Shown here in pieces: positions 1 through 9,984 of a stretch of 64,000 bases of DNA. Origin of the DNA: a bacterium (GTDB lineage Bacteria; UBA8248); contig OZ244799.1 of assembly GCA_965219955.1 (NCBI GenBank), positions 96,001-160,000 of the forward strand, in the 5' to 3' direction. Positions within the stretch are counted from its first letter, which is position 1. Every line of letters starts with the position of its first letter. The notes under the pieces were generated by a model. That model was not told the origin of the DNA and ran no database searches. It saw only the letters and a program-made list of their open reading frames with translations. Made by a program: the position numbers and the translations under genes.

Positions 1-838
1 TGACGAAGGGGATGACCCGATTCGCGATATTGGGGTGTGTGAGTGATTCGAACGGGCCCTGCTTTTTGATTCGCTGTAGTTCCGCCCTGCCGCCTTTTTC
101 CTCAATGGTTCTTAGAAAAGCCTCGGCGCCGCTGAGCGGGTAGGGCTCTCCCTGGCTGTGGAGAAGCAGAACAGGGGCTTTTATTTTATCCCCCGCCCGG
201 ATGGGAGAGCGCTCCCGGTAAGCCTCCCCTGCTTGAGCGGGCGGACCGCCGAGCACGGCGCGTATTCTGTTCTTCTGTTTCCGGGATAAGCGCCCATACG
301 TTTGCTCCAGGTCGTAAAATCCGTTTTCGAGAATGAGGCCCGAAACCTTGGCGCCCCTCGCGGCCGCGAGGGCGGCGGCCGAGGCCCCCTGCCCGATGCC
401 GTAGATGAAGATACCGTCTTTTCTGACGTTCTCCCTCGTACTTAGATAACGGACCGCGCCCAGGGCGGCCTCCACGCTTCTCGGCCCGGCGAAATCCTCA
501 GGCCCGGTGGATGCACCGAAACCGGGCAGCGAGATGCTCATCAGGATGAGGCCGTCGCGTACGTGAGCCAGGATGGCGCGTCTGAATCTCTGGGCCCGTG
601 CATCCGCTCCATGCAGGAGGAGGATCGCCGGATAGCGTCTCTGCGGGAGATGTCCTCTGTCAGGGGGCCACGCGGCGAAAGCCTCCACGCGCCCCCAGGT
701 GAACGGTATGAACCATTCCCGGATCACCTCGCCCCGGGCGGTTTTCGTTTCATGGACTGCGGCGCATCCCACGAGCAGAAACGTGGAAATCAGGAGAAAA
801 AAAACGTTGCACGGGATTTTTTTTGAAATTTTTCTCAA
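1..838 (-). CDS. Alpha/beta-hydrolase-fold lipoprotein (S9/dienelactone hydrolase-like), 3' end runs off the window
   Basis: Absent from the ORF track. Manual translation from TTG at 838 gives MRKISKKIPCNVFFLLISTFLLVGC (lipobox), then YPAILLLHG, GIFIYGIGQG and PVLLLH; no stop seen in the translated segments down to base 1. Confidence 0.75.
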   Translation of the reverse strand, partial: MRKISKKIPCNVFFLLISTFLLVGCAAVHETKTARGEVIREWFIPFTWGRVEAFAAWPPDRGHLPQRRYPAILLLHGADARAQRFRRAILAHVRDGLILMSISLPGFGASTGPEDFAGPRSVEAALGAVRYLSTRENVRKDGIFIYGIGQGASAAALAAARGAKVSGLILENGFYDLEQTYGRLSRKQKNRIRAVLGGPPAQAGEAYRERSPIRAGDKIKAPVLLLHSQGEPYPLSGAEAFLRTIEEKGGRAELQRIKKQGPFESLTHPNIANRVIPFV

Positions 839-839
839 G

Positions 840-1150
840 AACACGTCGGGTCCTTTTCGACTTTGCGAGTGCTTATCATAAAGTTTTTTTTCGGGCGGGA
901 ATGAATGTAAGGCATAAATAATATCATCTTAACATACTGATTTGACGGAGCCGGGCATGTCGCTGAAAAAAAGAGGTTGCATTTTTCATATTTTCGTATT
1001 ATATTCGCTTTACTGGAGGATTAAAAAAATTCTTCGTACAGTAACAATTTTTTAACACGATTTTCACACAAAATGTAGTGCAAAAATGTATGAGAGGCAC
1101 TATATATAGATTATTGAACCATTCTCCTTCAGCTACGAGGAGAAGCTGGA
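840..1150. promoter_or_regulatory. AT-rich divergent promoter region
   Basis: Strongly AT-rich stretch between divergent genes in a GC-rich background; exact promoters not resolved. Confidence 0.45.
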
Positions 1151-1163
1151 AAGGAGGCCCGTC

Positions 1164-1385
1164 ATGGCGATAACAACTCAAGGACCCGGATACAAGACAC
1201 ATGGGACGAGCCAGACTTCGAAGCGCATTCACCAAGCCTGCATGCGGAATCTCGCCCTCTATCTGCAAGGCCAAATCTCATATGAGGATTGGCGCAGCCG
1301 ACAAGAGGAACTCGAATCGAGACTTACGCCCGCGCCCGAACTCCCCTTCGAAGCAGGGGAGCCAAAAACCCCCGAGGCCGCCTGA
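1164..1385 (+). CDS. Small hypothetical protein (73 aa)
   Basis: ATG preceded by a strong AAGGAGG Shine-Dalgarno, downstream of the AT-rich region. Confidence 0.6.
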   Translation: MAITTQGPGYKTHGTSQTSKRIHQACMRNLALYLQGQISYEDWRSRQEELESRLTPAPELPFEAGEPKTPEAA

Positions 1386-1798
1386 TTCCCTCCCTCGCCT
1401 GGGCGCAACGGTCCAGGCAAGCGCATCGTTTCTCCCTGATGCGCTTACGCCGCTTTCTCCGCCCGGCCCTGCGATTAGCGGGGCATCGCCCGTAGGCGGC
1501 ATGAGGGATGGGGAGAATCCGGAAATCTGTCTTTATGCCGTTTTACCCATGTATGGCCGATCATATGAAGAAAAACCGTGTTCTGGTCCTGCGGGCGGCG
1601 TGACGGATACGATTGCAAATCTCTGTTTTTTGCCTCTTGCGTTTGTTTTCGGCCTCTGATAGGGTTCGGTGTCTTTTCCCGCAACAGGTGTGGGCAAAAG
1701 GTTTTGTGGGTATGCAAGACGAATGAAGATTCCCTCCCAAGAGACGCTCCATTCATCATTACATCCCCCAGTTCAGTTTCTTTTTTATGAGGAAGTGT

Positions 1799-2002
1799 AT
1801 GTCAACAGGTACAGTGAAGTGGTTCAACGATGCAAAAGGGTATGGTTTCATCACGCCCGAGGACGGTGGTGAGGATTTGTTCGTTCACCACACGGCCATT
1901 CAGGCGGAAGGATTCAAATCCTTGAGCGAGGACGATCAGGTATCGTTCGAAGTCGCCCAGGGTCCCAAGGGGCTTCAGGCGCAAAACGTCGTCAAGCTCT
2001 AA
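1799..2002 (+). CDS. cspA: Cold-shock protein (CspA family)
   Basis: [24 protein letters not shown] (RNP1/RNP2 motifs) and GPKG. Confidence 0.97.
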   Translation: MSTGTVKWFNDAKGYGFITPEDGGEDLFVHHTAIQAEGFKSLSEDDQVSFEVAQGPKGLQAQNVVKL

Positions 2003-2022
2003 CGCATTACCCGGCGTTTAAG

Positions 2023-2058
2023 AAAAGTGGTGGCTGGTTTCCGGCCACCACTTTTTTT
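2023..2058 (+). terminator. Rho-independent terminator
   Basis: aaaagtggtggctgg-ttt-ccggccaccac followed by a T7 tract, just after csp. Confidence 0.85.
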
Positions 2059-2131
2059 CGCCTCGGACTTTCCCATCTTCTCCCTCCCAAGGTAATCTGC
2101 GCCTCAATTGTCTCACAGAGAGGATTTTCCG

Positions 2132-4171
2132 ATGAAGCGTCCCGCGCTCGAGATGAGAAGAAACATCGGCATCATCTCCCACATCGACGCCGGAAAAACG
2201 ACGACCACCGAGCGCATGCTTTACTACTCGGGTGCCGTGCACAGGATTGGAGAGGTGGATGAGGGTTCGGCCACAATGGACTGGATGAGCCAGGAGCGCG
2301 AGCGCGGCATCACCATCACCTCGGCGGCCATCACCACCACCTGGGCGGATCATGAGATCACCATCATCGACACCCCCGGGCACGTGGATTTCACGATCGA
2401 GGTGGAAAGAAGCCTGCGCGTGCTCGATGGCGCCATCGCTATTTTCAGCGCCGTGGAAGGCGTCGAACCACAGAGCGAGACCGTGTGGCGGCAGGCGGAT
2501 AAATTCCGCGTGCCCCGGCTCGCCTTCATCAACAAGCTGGATCGTCTGGGGGCGGATTTCGAGAGAACCGTCGAGATGATCGTCGAAAAATTAGGGGCCA
2601 GACCCGTGCTCATGCACTGGCCCGACGGCGAGGGCGAGGGGTATACGGGCCAGGTGGAGGTGCTGAGCGGAGATTTCCTCACCTGGGAGGGAGGAGAGCC
2701 CCATAGGTCCGAACCCGCCGGAGCGCTCAAGGAAAAGGCGGCGCAGTTGAGAGAAGCTCTCATCGAAGCGGTCGCGGATCATGACGAATCCCTGATGGTG
2801 GCCTATCTGGAAGGAAGCGTCATCGAGCCTGCAACGCTCAAGGCGGCTTTGAGGCGCGTCGTTCTCGCGGGCGGACTCGTTCCCGTTTTCTGCGGCTCAT
2901 CGCTGAAGAACAAAGGGGTGCAGCCCCTGCTGGACGCCGTGTTGGATTATCTGCCCTCACCGGTGGATACGCCGCCGGCGAGCGGTTTCCCTCCCGGCGA
3001 GGAAAACCCCATCACCCGTCCTCCCGCGGAGGATGCGCCTTTTTCCGCCCTGGTCTTCAAGGTGCAAATCGATGAGGGCAGGCGGCTCACCTACCTGCGG
3101 GTGTATAGCGGCGCAGCGAAGGTGGGCGAGAGCCTGTGGAATCCCGCAAGGGGAGACAGCGAGCGCTTCGCCCGGCTTTTCAGGATGTATTCCCATAAGC
3201 GCGAACGCCTCGACGCCGTTGGGCCGGGGGACATCGTCGCGGCGGCCGGCATGAAGGAAGCGGTGACGGGCGATACCCTTTGCGACCGGAAAGAGCAGAT
3301 AGCCTTCGAGTCGATTCGTGCGCCCCAGCCCGTCATCTCGGTCGCGATTGAACCAAGGGACGCCACGGGGAGCAAGAAGCTGGGCGAGACTCTGGCGAAA
3401 CTCCAGGCGGAAGACCCCACGTTTCAGGTGAGAGTGGATTCGGAATCCGGCCAGACGGTGATGAGCGGCATGGGCGAACTCCATCTGGAAGTGCTCACGC
3501 GCCGGATAGACGAGGATTTCGGCGTGGACGTCCGCGTCGGCGCGCCCCGCGTGGTCTACCGCGAATCGCTTGCGAGAGAGGCCGCGGCGGAGTCCACCTT
3601 CGACAGGGACCTGGCGGGCGAGCCCCAGTTCGCCAGGGTGCGCGTGGGCGTGGCGCCCCGGCCCGGCGGAGGCGTCTCGTGCGAGAGCGCGGTGGACGAC
3701 GGGGCTGTTCCTGAAAATCTGATTGCCGCCGCTCTGGAAGCGCTCCGGGCATCCACGTCGAGCGGCGCCATGGCGGGTTATGAGATGACGGACGTGGGCG
3801 TCACCTTGCTGGAGGCGGGTTATGACGCCGAGCGCGCCACGGAGGCCGCTTTCTCCATCGCGGCGGCGAACGCGTTTACCGAGGCCTGCCGCATGGCGGG
3901 CGGGCAGCTTTTGGAACCCATCATGTCGGTGGAGGTTGTGGCGCCCGGTGAGTTTCTGGGCGGGATCATCGGCGACATCAACGCCCGCGACGGAAAGGTG
4001 TCCGGCGTGGAAGAACGAGGCGGCGCATCGCCTGTGAGCGTCGTGCGCGCCTCGGTGCCCCTCGCCAAAGTGTTCGGTTACGCCACCTCCCTTCGCTCCG
4101 CCACCCAGGGCCGCGCCACCTACACCATGCGCTTTTCGCACTACGCCCCCTGCGAGATGGCGGGGGTATAA
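2132..4171 (+). CDS. fusA: Elongation factor G paralog (EF-G2 type)
   Basis: HIDAGKTT, RGITI, DTPGH, NKLD, GMGELHL and LRSATQG motifs; not flanked by rpsL/rpsG/tuf. Confidence 0.93.
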   Translation: MKRPALEMRRNIGIISHIDAGKTTTTERMLYYSGAVHRIGEVDEGSATMDWMSQERERGITITSAAITTTWADHEITIIDTPGHVDFTIEVERSLRVLDGAIAIFSAVEGVEPQSETVWRQADKFRVPRLAFINKLDRLGADFERTVEMIVEKLGARPVLMHWPDGEGEGYTGQVEVLSGDFLTWEGGEPHRSEPAGALKEKAAQLREALIEAVADHDESLMVAYLEGSVIEPATLKAALRRVVLAGGLVPVFCGSSLKNKGVQPLLDAVLDYLPSPVDTPPASGFPPGEENPITRPPAEDAPFSALVFKVQIDEGRRLTYLRVYSGAAKVGESLWNPARGDSERFARLFRMYSHKRERLDAVGPGDIVAAAGMKEAVTGDTLCDRKEQIAFESIRAPQPVISVAIEPRDATGSKKLGETLAKLQAEDPTFQVRVDSESGQTVMSGMGELHLEVLTRRIDEDFGVDVRVGAPRVVYRESLAREAAAESTFDRDLAGEPQFARVRVGVAPRPGGGVSCESAVDDGAVPENLIAAALEALRASTSSGAMAGYEMTDVGVTLLEAGYDAERATEAAFSIAAANAFTEACRMAGGQLLEPIMSVEVVAPGEFLGGIIGDINARDGKVSGVEERGGASPVSVVRASVPLAKVFGYATSLRSATQGRATYTMRFSHYAPCEMAGV

Positions 4172-4215
4172 TTTTCTCCTCACCGTTTTCGTATTGGTGT
4201 GAAGGCGCATTCTGA

Positions 4216-5097
4216 ATGACCACCATCACCCTCTCGGTTCTCTTCTCGCTCTCCACGGCGCTCGTGGTCGGCTCCTTCACCCTGTTCGTGAGAAGCGGGC
4301 AGCGGCACGCGAACGCGGTTTCGGGCGTTCTCATCGGGCTAATCGTATCCATGCCGCCGCTGCTGGTCGGCGCGGTCTGGACGTGGGAGCCCGCCCACTA
4401 CCAGCCCTTGGGCTGGTTGTTCTTTGCACTGGCCGGTATCGCGGGGCCCGCCGTGGGCAGGGTGTGTTTCTTTCATTCGATTCATCTGATGGGCGTGGCG
4501 CGCGCGGTGCCGCTCAACTCCACCATGCCGCTTTTCTCGGCGATAGCCGGCATCTATGTCCTGGGCGAGAGGCCGGGGCCGTACATCCTGGCGGGCACGG
4601 TGCTCATCGTTTTGGGGTGCATGGGAATCACCGCGAAAAGAGGAGAGGCCCAGTCCATCCGGGGGAGCGACCTGCTCATCGCGCTCGGGAGCGTGGTTTT
4701 CTTCTCCGTCTCGCACATGCTTCGAAAACTCGGCGTGGGCGCATCGCCCAATCCGTATCTGGGCATATCGATCATGAGCGTTACGGGCGGGGTGTTTCTC
4801 TATGTTCTGGGGCAGTATCTGCCGCCTGGCTTAAGGCCTTCGCTCATGGTGAAAAAAGCGTGGGTGGCCTACAGCATCGGCGGCTTGCTGAACACTCTTT
4901 CGGTTCTCCTGCATCTTTACGGCCTTCACTACGGCGACCTCACCATCGTCATTCCGCTCGCCGCCACTGCGCCCTTGTGGGCGCTGTTGCTTACGGCCAT
5001 ATTCTTGCGCAAACTCGAGCGCATCACCTGGCCGATTCTCCTGGGCACTGTAGCGGTAGTCGTGGGAGGCGCACTCGTGGCCGGCCGTGCGCTCTGA
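4216..5097 (+). CDS. EamA/DMT family transporter
   Basis: About 10 hydrophobic segments, two-repeat DMT pattern (LGERPG...). Confidence 0.85.
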   Translation: MTTITLSVLFSLSTALVVGSFTLFVRSGQRHANAVSGVLIGLIVSMPPLLVGAVWTWEPAHYQPLGWLFFALAGIAGPAVGRVCFFHSIHLMGVARAVPLNSTMPLFSAIAGIYVLGERPGPYILAGTVLIVLGCMGITAKRGEAQSIRGSDLLIALGSVVFFSVSHMLRKLGVGASPNPYLGISIMSVTGGVFLYVLGQYLPPGLRPSLMVKKAWVAYSIGGLLNTLSVLLHLYGLHYGDLTIVIPLAATAPLWALLLTAIFLRKLERITWPILLGTVAVVVGGALVAGRAL

Positions 5098-5232
5098 CGA
5101 AGCGGGATCCGCTTCGTTCTGATATAGTGGGGACGGTCACGGATTTCTACTTCGCGCGTCGCCAATCTATCATTTCACCAGGCAGGCAAAGAAGGTTCAT
5201 CCTTGCCAAGTTTGTATAGGAGAGAAGTGGAT

Positions 5233-5652
5233 ATGAAATTCATTCACACTATTTTTTATGCTGTTGCGCTGATCGCTCTTTTGGGAGCAATACCAGCCTC
5301 GGGTGCGGATAAAGATACGGGGAAATCTACGGTGAAAGGCGCGGCGATGGACGGCGTCACGCTCAAAATCGCCGGTGGGGAGATCCAGGGCGGGAGCAAG
5401 GTGGTTCGCGTGAAGCAAGGAGATAAGGTCAAGCTGAATTTGATGGCCGATAAAACCACCGAAGTCCATCTCCACGGCTACGACATCGAAAAAGTCGTAT
5501 CCCCGGGCGGGGTGGCCGTGATGGCGTTTCAGGCCAGGGTGGCGGGCCGGTTTCCGGTAACGGTGCATGGTTCCCACTCCCACGGAACTAAAAAAAGAAA
5601 AGGTGGAGGTCATGGCGAGAAGGTGCTGTTCTACCTGGAGGTGCATCCATGA
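5233..5652 (+). CDS. Secreted cupredoxin-like protein
   Basis: Signal peptide, VKQGDKV, EVHLHGYD, GRFPV, His-rich C-terminus. Confidence 0.7.
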   Translation: MKFIHTIFYAVALIALLGAIPASGADKDTGKSTVKGAAMDGVTLKIAGGEIQGGSKVVRVKQGDKVKLNLMADKTTEVHLHGYDIEKVVSPGGVAVMAFQARVAGRFPVTVHGSHSHGTKKRKGGGHGEKVLFYLEVHP

Positions 5653-5665
5653 CCAGAGCAATCCC

Positions 5666-7117
5666 ATGAGCTTTTTTCTCCGGGGGCTTTGGCTCGCAGC
5701 CGCCATCGTTTTGCTTCCAACCTTCGCGTCGGCGCATGGATTCGGACAAAGATACGACCTGCCGGTGCCGCTGGGCCTGTTCATGCTCGGCGCGGGCGCA
5801 TCCGTGGTTCTCTCGTTTTTGGGCATGGGGCTTTTCGTCCGCAAAAAACATGAGAGCGTGGATTATCCGAGTTGCGACCTTCTCGCCTCCCCCCTTTTGG
5901 GGTGGATGGGGGGTGCGGGTTTCTTGTCGGTGATACGAGCGCTTTCCGTCGTTTTGTTCTGCGTAATGCTGGCGGCGGGTTTTTGGGGAACCGATGAGCC
6001 GGCGAAGAACATCGCGCCCACGTTGATCTGGATCATCTGGTGGGTGGGTCTGGCCTACGTGTGCGCTTTGGCGGGAAATCTGTGGTCGCTGGTCAATCCG
6101 TGGGACATCACCTTTTCCTGGGCGGAGACGCTGTATCGGAAAATGGGACGGGGCGGTTCCTTATCGCTTGAGCGGCCATTCCCCGAGCGCCTGGGGGTGT
6201 GGCCCGCCCTGTATCTGTTCCTCTGGTTCGCCTGGGCGGAGATCGTCTGGCCGAACAATGACGTTCCCCGCAATCTCTCGCTCGCCGCTCTGGGTTATTC
6301 CATCATCACCTGGGCCGGTATGTTCGTTCATGGCAAAAAGGTGTGGCTCGAGCGCGGGGAGGCATTTTCCATCATATTCGACGTGATGAGCCGCTTCTCT
6401 GTCACCGAGGCGCGCGCGAGCAAGGACGGGAGAAGAGAATGGCGCCTGAGACCGCCGGCCGCGGGCCTTCTGAACACGGACGGCATGAGCAACTCCATGA
6501 TGGTGTTGGTGGTGTTGATGCTGGCTACGGTGAGTTTTGACGGCTTTACCGAAACCCCCCTATGGCATCTCCTCCGGGCGGGAATATACGAGGGGGTCGT
6601 CTGGGTGGGACGCGATGCCCTTCTTGTGGCTGACACCATAGCGCTCATTGCGGCTCCTGCGCTGTTCCTCGGCGTGTATTACGCCTTCTGCGCCTTGATG
6701 CGCGCCATGAGCGGAAGCACGCTCTCCACGGGGGAATTCGCGCGCCTATTCGTGCTCTCGCTGGTTCCCATCGCGATTGGATACCACGTGGCGCATTATT
6801 TCTCCTTTCTCTTCATTCAGGGACAACGCATCATCCCGCTTTTGTCGGATCCCTTCGGGGTGGGATGGAACCTGTGGGGAACCGCCGCCTACAAGGTCGA
6901 CATCGGAATCATCGGCGCGAAGACGACCTGGTACGCTTCGATCGCGGCGATCGTCATCGGGCATATATGCGCAGTTTATCTGGCGCATGTGACGGCGCTG
7001 CGCGCACTCGAGAACCGTTTCGCCGCCGTGCGCAGTCAATATCCGATGCTCGTTCTCATGGTGGGCTACACCATGGTGAGCTTGTGGATCATCGCACAGC
7101 CGATAACGGACGGCTGA
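5666..7117 (+). CDS. Polytopic membrane protein (often annotated 'fenitrothion hydrolase'-like)
   Basis: AHGFGQRYDLPVPL N-terminus, SLVPIAIGYHVAHY, SDPFG, GH..AVYLAH, SQYPM. Confidence 0.7.
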   Translation: MSFFLRGLWLAAAIVLLPTFASAHGFGQRYDLPVPLGLFMLGAGASVVLSFLGMGLFVRKKHESVDYPSCDLLASPLLGWMGGAGFLSVIRALSVVLFCVMLAAGFWGTDEPAKNIAPTLIWIIWWVGLAYVCALAGNLWSLVNPWDITFSWAETLYRKMGRGGSLSLERPFPERLGVWPALYLFLWFAWAEIVWPNNDVPRNLSLAALGYSIITWAGMFVHGKKVWLERGEAFSIIFDVMSRFSVTEARASKDGRREWRLRPPAAGLLNTDGMSNSMMVLVVLMLATVSFDGFTETPLWHLLRAGIYEGVVWVGRDALLVADTIALIAAPALFLGVYYAFCALMRAMSGSTLSTGEFARLFVLSLVPIAIGYHVAHYFSFLFIQGQRIIPLLSDPFGVGWNLWGTAAYKVDIGIIGAKTTWYASIAAIVIGHICAVYLAHVTALRALENRFAAVRSQYPMLVLMVGYTMVSLWIIAQPITDG

Positions 7118-7405
7118 CGGTTGGTGGGCTTGTATCATTTTCCACGCCACTATCGCGGTAAGGAGGGCGAAATGCCGGGATTGTAGCGCTCGATGGCCGC
7201 TCGGCGAGCAGGCGGACGTGAAAAACGACCCTCTTTCCCGGTTTTTGTGCCGGAAGCCGTTTCAGTTTTCAGAAGGCAAATCTCATCCTGCGCCCTTGGA
7301 TACTCGTCACGGCGTGGCTATGAACCCCCACCTCTGATAAGACACCACTTTTGCGCCGTTTTTATTCGATGGATTCGTTGCATTTTTTCGGCCGGGAGGC
7401 GCTTC

Positions 7406-8287
7406 ATGAACGATACGCTACTGGCGGCGGGGTTCGCCCTGGGCACCGCGTCGATGTCCTCGGCCTTCAGCCTCATCGCCAGGCGCGGACAGCAGCACGG
7501 CACGGCCATCACGGGCGTGGTCATCGGCCTGATTGTGAACGTCCCCTGGCTGGTGGCGCTCACGATCCTCACCTGGGAACCCGCCTATTGGAGCTCGGAA
7601 GCCTGGTTCTGGTTCTTCCTGTCGGGTATCACGGGGCCGTCGCTCGGCCGCGTTTTCATGTTCCGGGCGATACATCGCCTGGGCGTCTCACGCGCAGTTC
7701 CCCTCCTGGCGGCCAACCCGCTGTTTTCAGCCGGTTTCGCCTATATCTTTTTGGGGGAGCGGCCGGGGACTTACGTGTGGGCGGGGATTTTCCTGGTCGT
7801 TTTAGGCTGTGTGGGGATTACTTATCAGCGCAAGAGCGACGCTCCCTGGGACAGGCGCGCCATCTGGCTGCCGCTCTTGTCCGTTCTGGGGTTTTCCACG
7901 TCGAACATTTTCAGAAAAATCGGGATCGAGGTCGTTCCTTCCGCACTGCTCGGCATCACGCTCACCAGTTTTTTCGGTTTGGTGGCGCTGGTCGCGGTTT
8001 TGTGGTTTCTGCCTAAACCCCAGCGCCCGTCTCTCAAGTGGGGAAAGGCCTGGCATTTCTATGGGCCCTGCGGACTCATCAACACGCTGGCGTTTTTGAG
8101 TCATTTCGCCGCTTTGAAGTATGGAGACATATCCGTCGTATCGCCGCTTTCATCCACAGCGCCGCTTTTCGCGCTCTTGTATTCCTGGATATTCCTGCGC
8201 GACATGGAGCGGATCACGCTACCCATCCTGCTGGGGACGGTATGCGTCGTCGCGGGAGGGGCGATCATCGCCTTGAAAGCGATGTAG
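7406..8287 (+). CDS. EamA/DMT family transporter (paralog of 4216-5097)
   Basis: Shared motifs GPSLGRV, LGVSRAVPL, LGERPG, ERIT.PILLGT. Confidence 0.85.
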   Translation: MNDTLLAAGFALGTASMSSAFSLIARRGQQHGTAITGVVIGLIVNVPWLVALTILTWEPAYWSSEAWFWFFLSGITGPSLGRVFMFRAIHRLGVSRAVPLLAANPLFSAGFAYIFLGERPGTYVWAGIFLVVLGCVGITYQRKSDAPWDRRAIWLPLLSVLGFSTSNIFRKIGIEVVPSALLGITLTSFFGLVALVAVLWFLPKPQRPSLKWGKAWHFYGPCGLINTLAFLSHFAALKYGDISVVSPLSSTAPLFALLYSWIFLRDMERITLPILLGTVCVVAGGAIIALKAM

Positions 8288-8307
8288 CGCGCCGCCTTGC
8301 GCCCTGA

Positions 8308-8853
8308 TCAGCCCGTGAGAAGCGCCCTGATCGTGGGAGCGATCTCTTTCGCGCGTCCCTGGAGTTGCTCATCCGTCAGGCTGCCCACCGGATGGGGGAT
8401 ATAGGCCACCGGGTAGTCCGGCATGCCGCGGACCTTCGAAACCATCTCGACCGTGGGCCGGAACGGCTCGGTGCAGATGACGGCGGTGGGGACGCCTTTT
8501 TTCTCCAGTTCGATTCCATCGTGCACACTGCACGAAGAGCAGGAGCCTCAGTCGCCCACCGCGGTGATGGCGAGGTCGCATTTCTCGGCCATCTCCGCGT
8601 AGACCTCCGGCTTGGCCGGGCGGGTGTCGTATTCTTTGGATAGCTCGACGGACAGGTCTGGATCCGCGCCGTCCGCGCGCAACTCATCGAGTATGTAGCG
8701 CATGAGCTTGTCCGCGCCCACCTTGGAGTTCCAGAGCAGCCCGATGCGCTTGCCCGAAAGCGCGCCGTCGCGGGTTGTGCGGTCTTCGGTTTCGATTTCC
8801 GGCTCCACGGTCGGGTCGTAAATCGGTATTGCGGTTTCTACGATGGGGTTCAT
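8308..8853 (-). CDS. UGSC-family selenoprotein (Sec encoded by UGA at 8550-8548)
   Basis: ORFs 8548-8853 and 8308-8526 are in the same frame; read-through gives AITAVGD-U-GSCSSCSVHDGIELEKKGVPT, 181 aa in total. Confidence 0.88.
8519..8535 (-). promoter_or_regulatory. Putative bacterial SECIS hairpin
   Basis: mRNA UCGUGCA-GUG-UGCACGA, a perfect 7-bp stem with G in the loop, starting 12 nt after the UGA. Confidence 0.7.
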
Positions 8854-8943
8854 CGAACGCTTCCTCCTGTATGTGCATCAACGCCAGGATGTTCACTCGT
8901 TTTGTAGTCCATCAACCGATCTTCTCTTTTGATGCTGTATTCT

Positions 8944-9984
8944 TCAACCGCGAGACTCGCGCCGCTCGGCCGCGCTCAGCACCGGTCGGGTGACGAACTC
9001 GCCGTTCCGCCGCCTGCTCCACGCGGGAACCCAGGAGGAATGCCCGCCGGCCTCGCCTCCCGCGACGACGATGTAGATGTCATCGGGCTTGAGCGCGTGG
9101 CGCACGTTGCCGTTTTCATCGGCGTCGATGGGCTTGTCGAGCTTGCCGGTGCGCAGGAGTTGGTCCAATGGAAGCGTCGCGTTTTCAAACAGATACGCTT
9201 TCAGTTCTTCTTTCGTGGGAAATTCTTCGGCCAGCAGATGCGCGTGCTCGGGCGCGAAGACGAAGCAGGATTGCCCCTCGCTCATGCTGCCCAGGCCTGT
9301 CATGGTGGCGGCGGCGGTTTCGGCGATTCCGCGCCCCTTGCCGTAATGGTTCTGGATGTTGTGCGGACCCTCGGCGGCGAGAAGCGTCACCGTGCTCGTC
9401 TTGGCCGGATAGCCGAGTTCGACGTTAAGGGGCTCCCAGGGGCTCGTTTCCTCCCATTCGGCGAAGGTGAAGCTGTATTTGCCCGGATTCCCCTGGGTGG
9501 AGCGGTCCAGAAGGCCCGGCTTCGAACCCAGGCAGTTGATGATGATGAGCCTGAGGGCGCGGCCTATCGTCGCTCCCGCGCGGTTGCCCGGCCCGTAGAT
9601 GTTCCCCTGCATGTTGAGGCCTATCTCATGGCGAACCGGGCCGTTCACGACCATAAAGGGCGCCGCTCCGCCCGTGCTCGTGGCGCTGGAGTGAATGTTG
9701 TAGGCCGGATCGGCCATGGCTTCGAGCGCGGCGAGTATGACGGGCATATAGGAGGGCAGACACCCCGCCATGATGGCGTTCAAGGCCACTTTCCCGGCCC
9801 GGACGGTTCTTTTTCGCTCCGCCAGATGAAAGGCGGCGTCATCGGCGTCGAGTCCCGAAGTCTCCAGGAAGCGCTCTACGAGTTCAGGCGTCGGGGGAAC
9901 CACGGGCAGGCCGTCCGTCCAGCCTTTTTCGTGATACGTCTCCATCGCCTCATAAACGTCCGCCGCTTCACTCACTGCTTCCAT
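8944..9984 (-). CDS. Uncharacterised partner of UGSC proteins (GWTDGLPVVPPT family)
   Basis: GWTDGLPVVPPT, NAIMAGC, PGNRAGATIGRA, TQGNPGKY motifs; immediately upstream of the UGSC gene. Confidence 0.75.
   Translation of the reverse strand: MEAVSEAADVYEAMETYHEKGWTDGLPVVPPTPELVERFLETSGLDADDAAFHLAERKRTVRAGKVALNAIMAGCLPSYMPVILAALEAMADPAYNIHSSATSTGGAAPFMVVNGPVRHEIGLNMQGNIYGPGNRAGATIGRALRLIIINCLGSKPGLLDRSTQGNPGKYSFTFAEWEETSPWEPLNVELGYPAKTSTVTLLAAEGPHNIQNHYGKGRGIAETAAATMTGLGSMSEGQSCFVFAPEHAHLLAEEFPTKEELKAYLFENATLPLDQLLRTGKLDKPIDADENGNVRHALKPDDIYIVVAGGEAGGHSSWVPAWSRRRNGEFVTRPVLSAAERRESRG

Noticed and set aside
8548-8550. Nonsense mutation, pseudogene or two separate small genes
   Set aside because: The TGA falls exactly in the UGSC motif and is followed by a SECIS-like hairpin, so Sec recoding fits better
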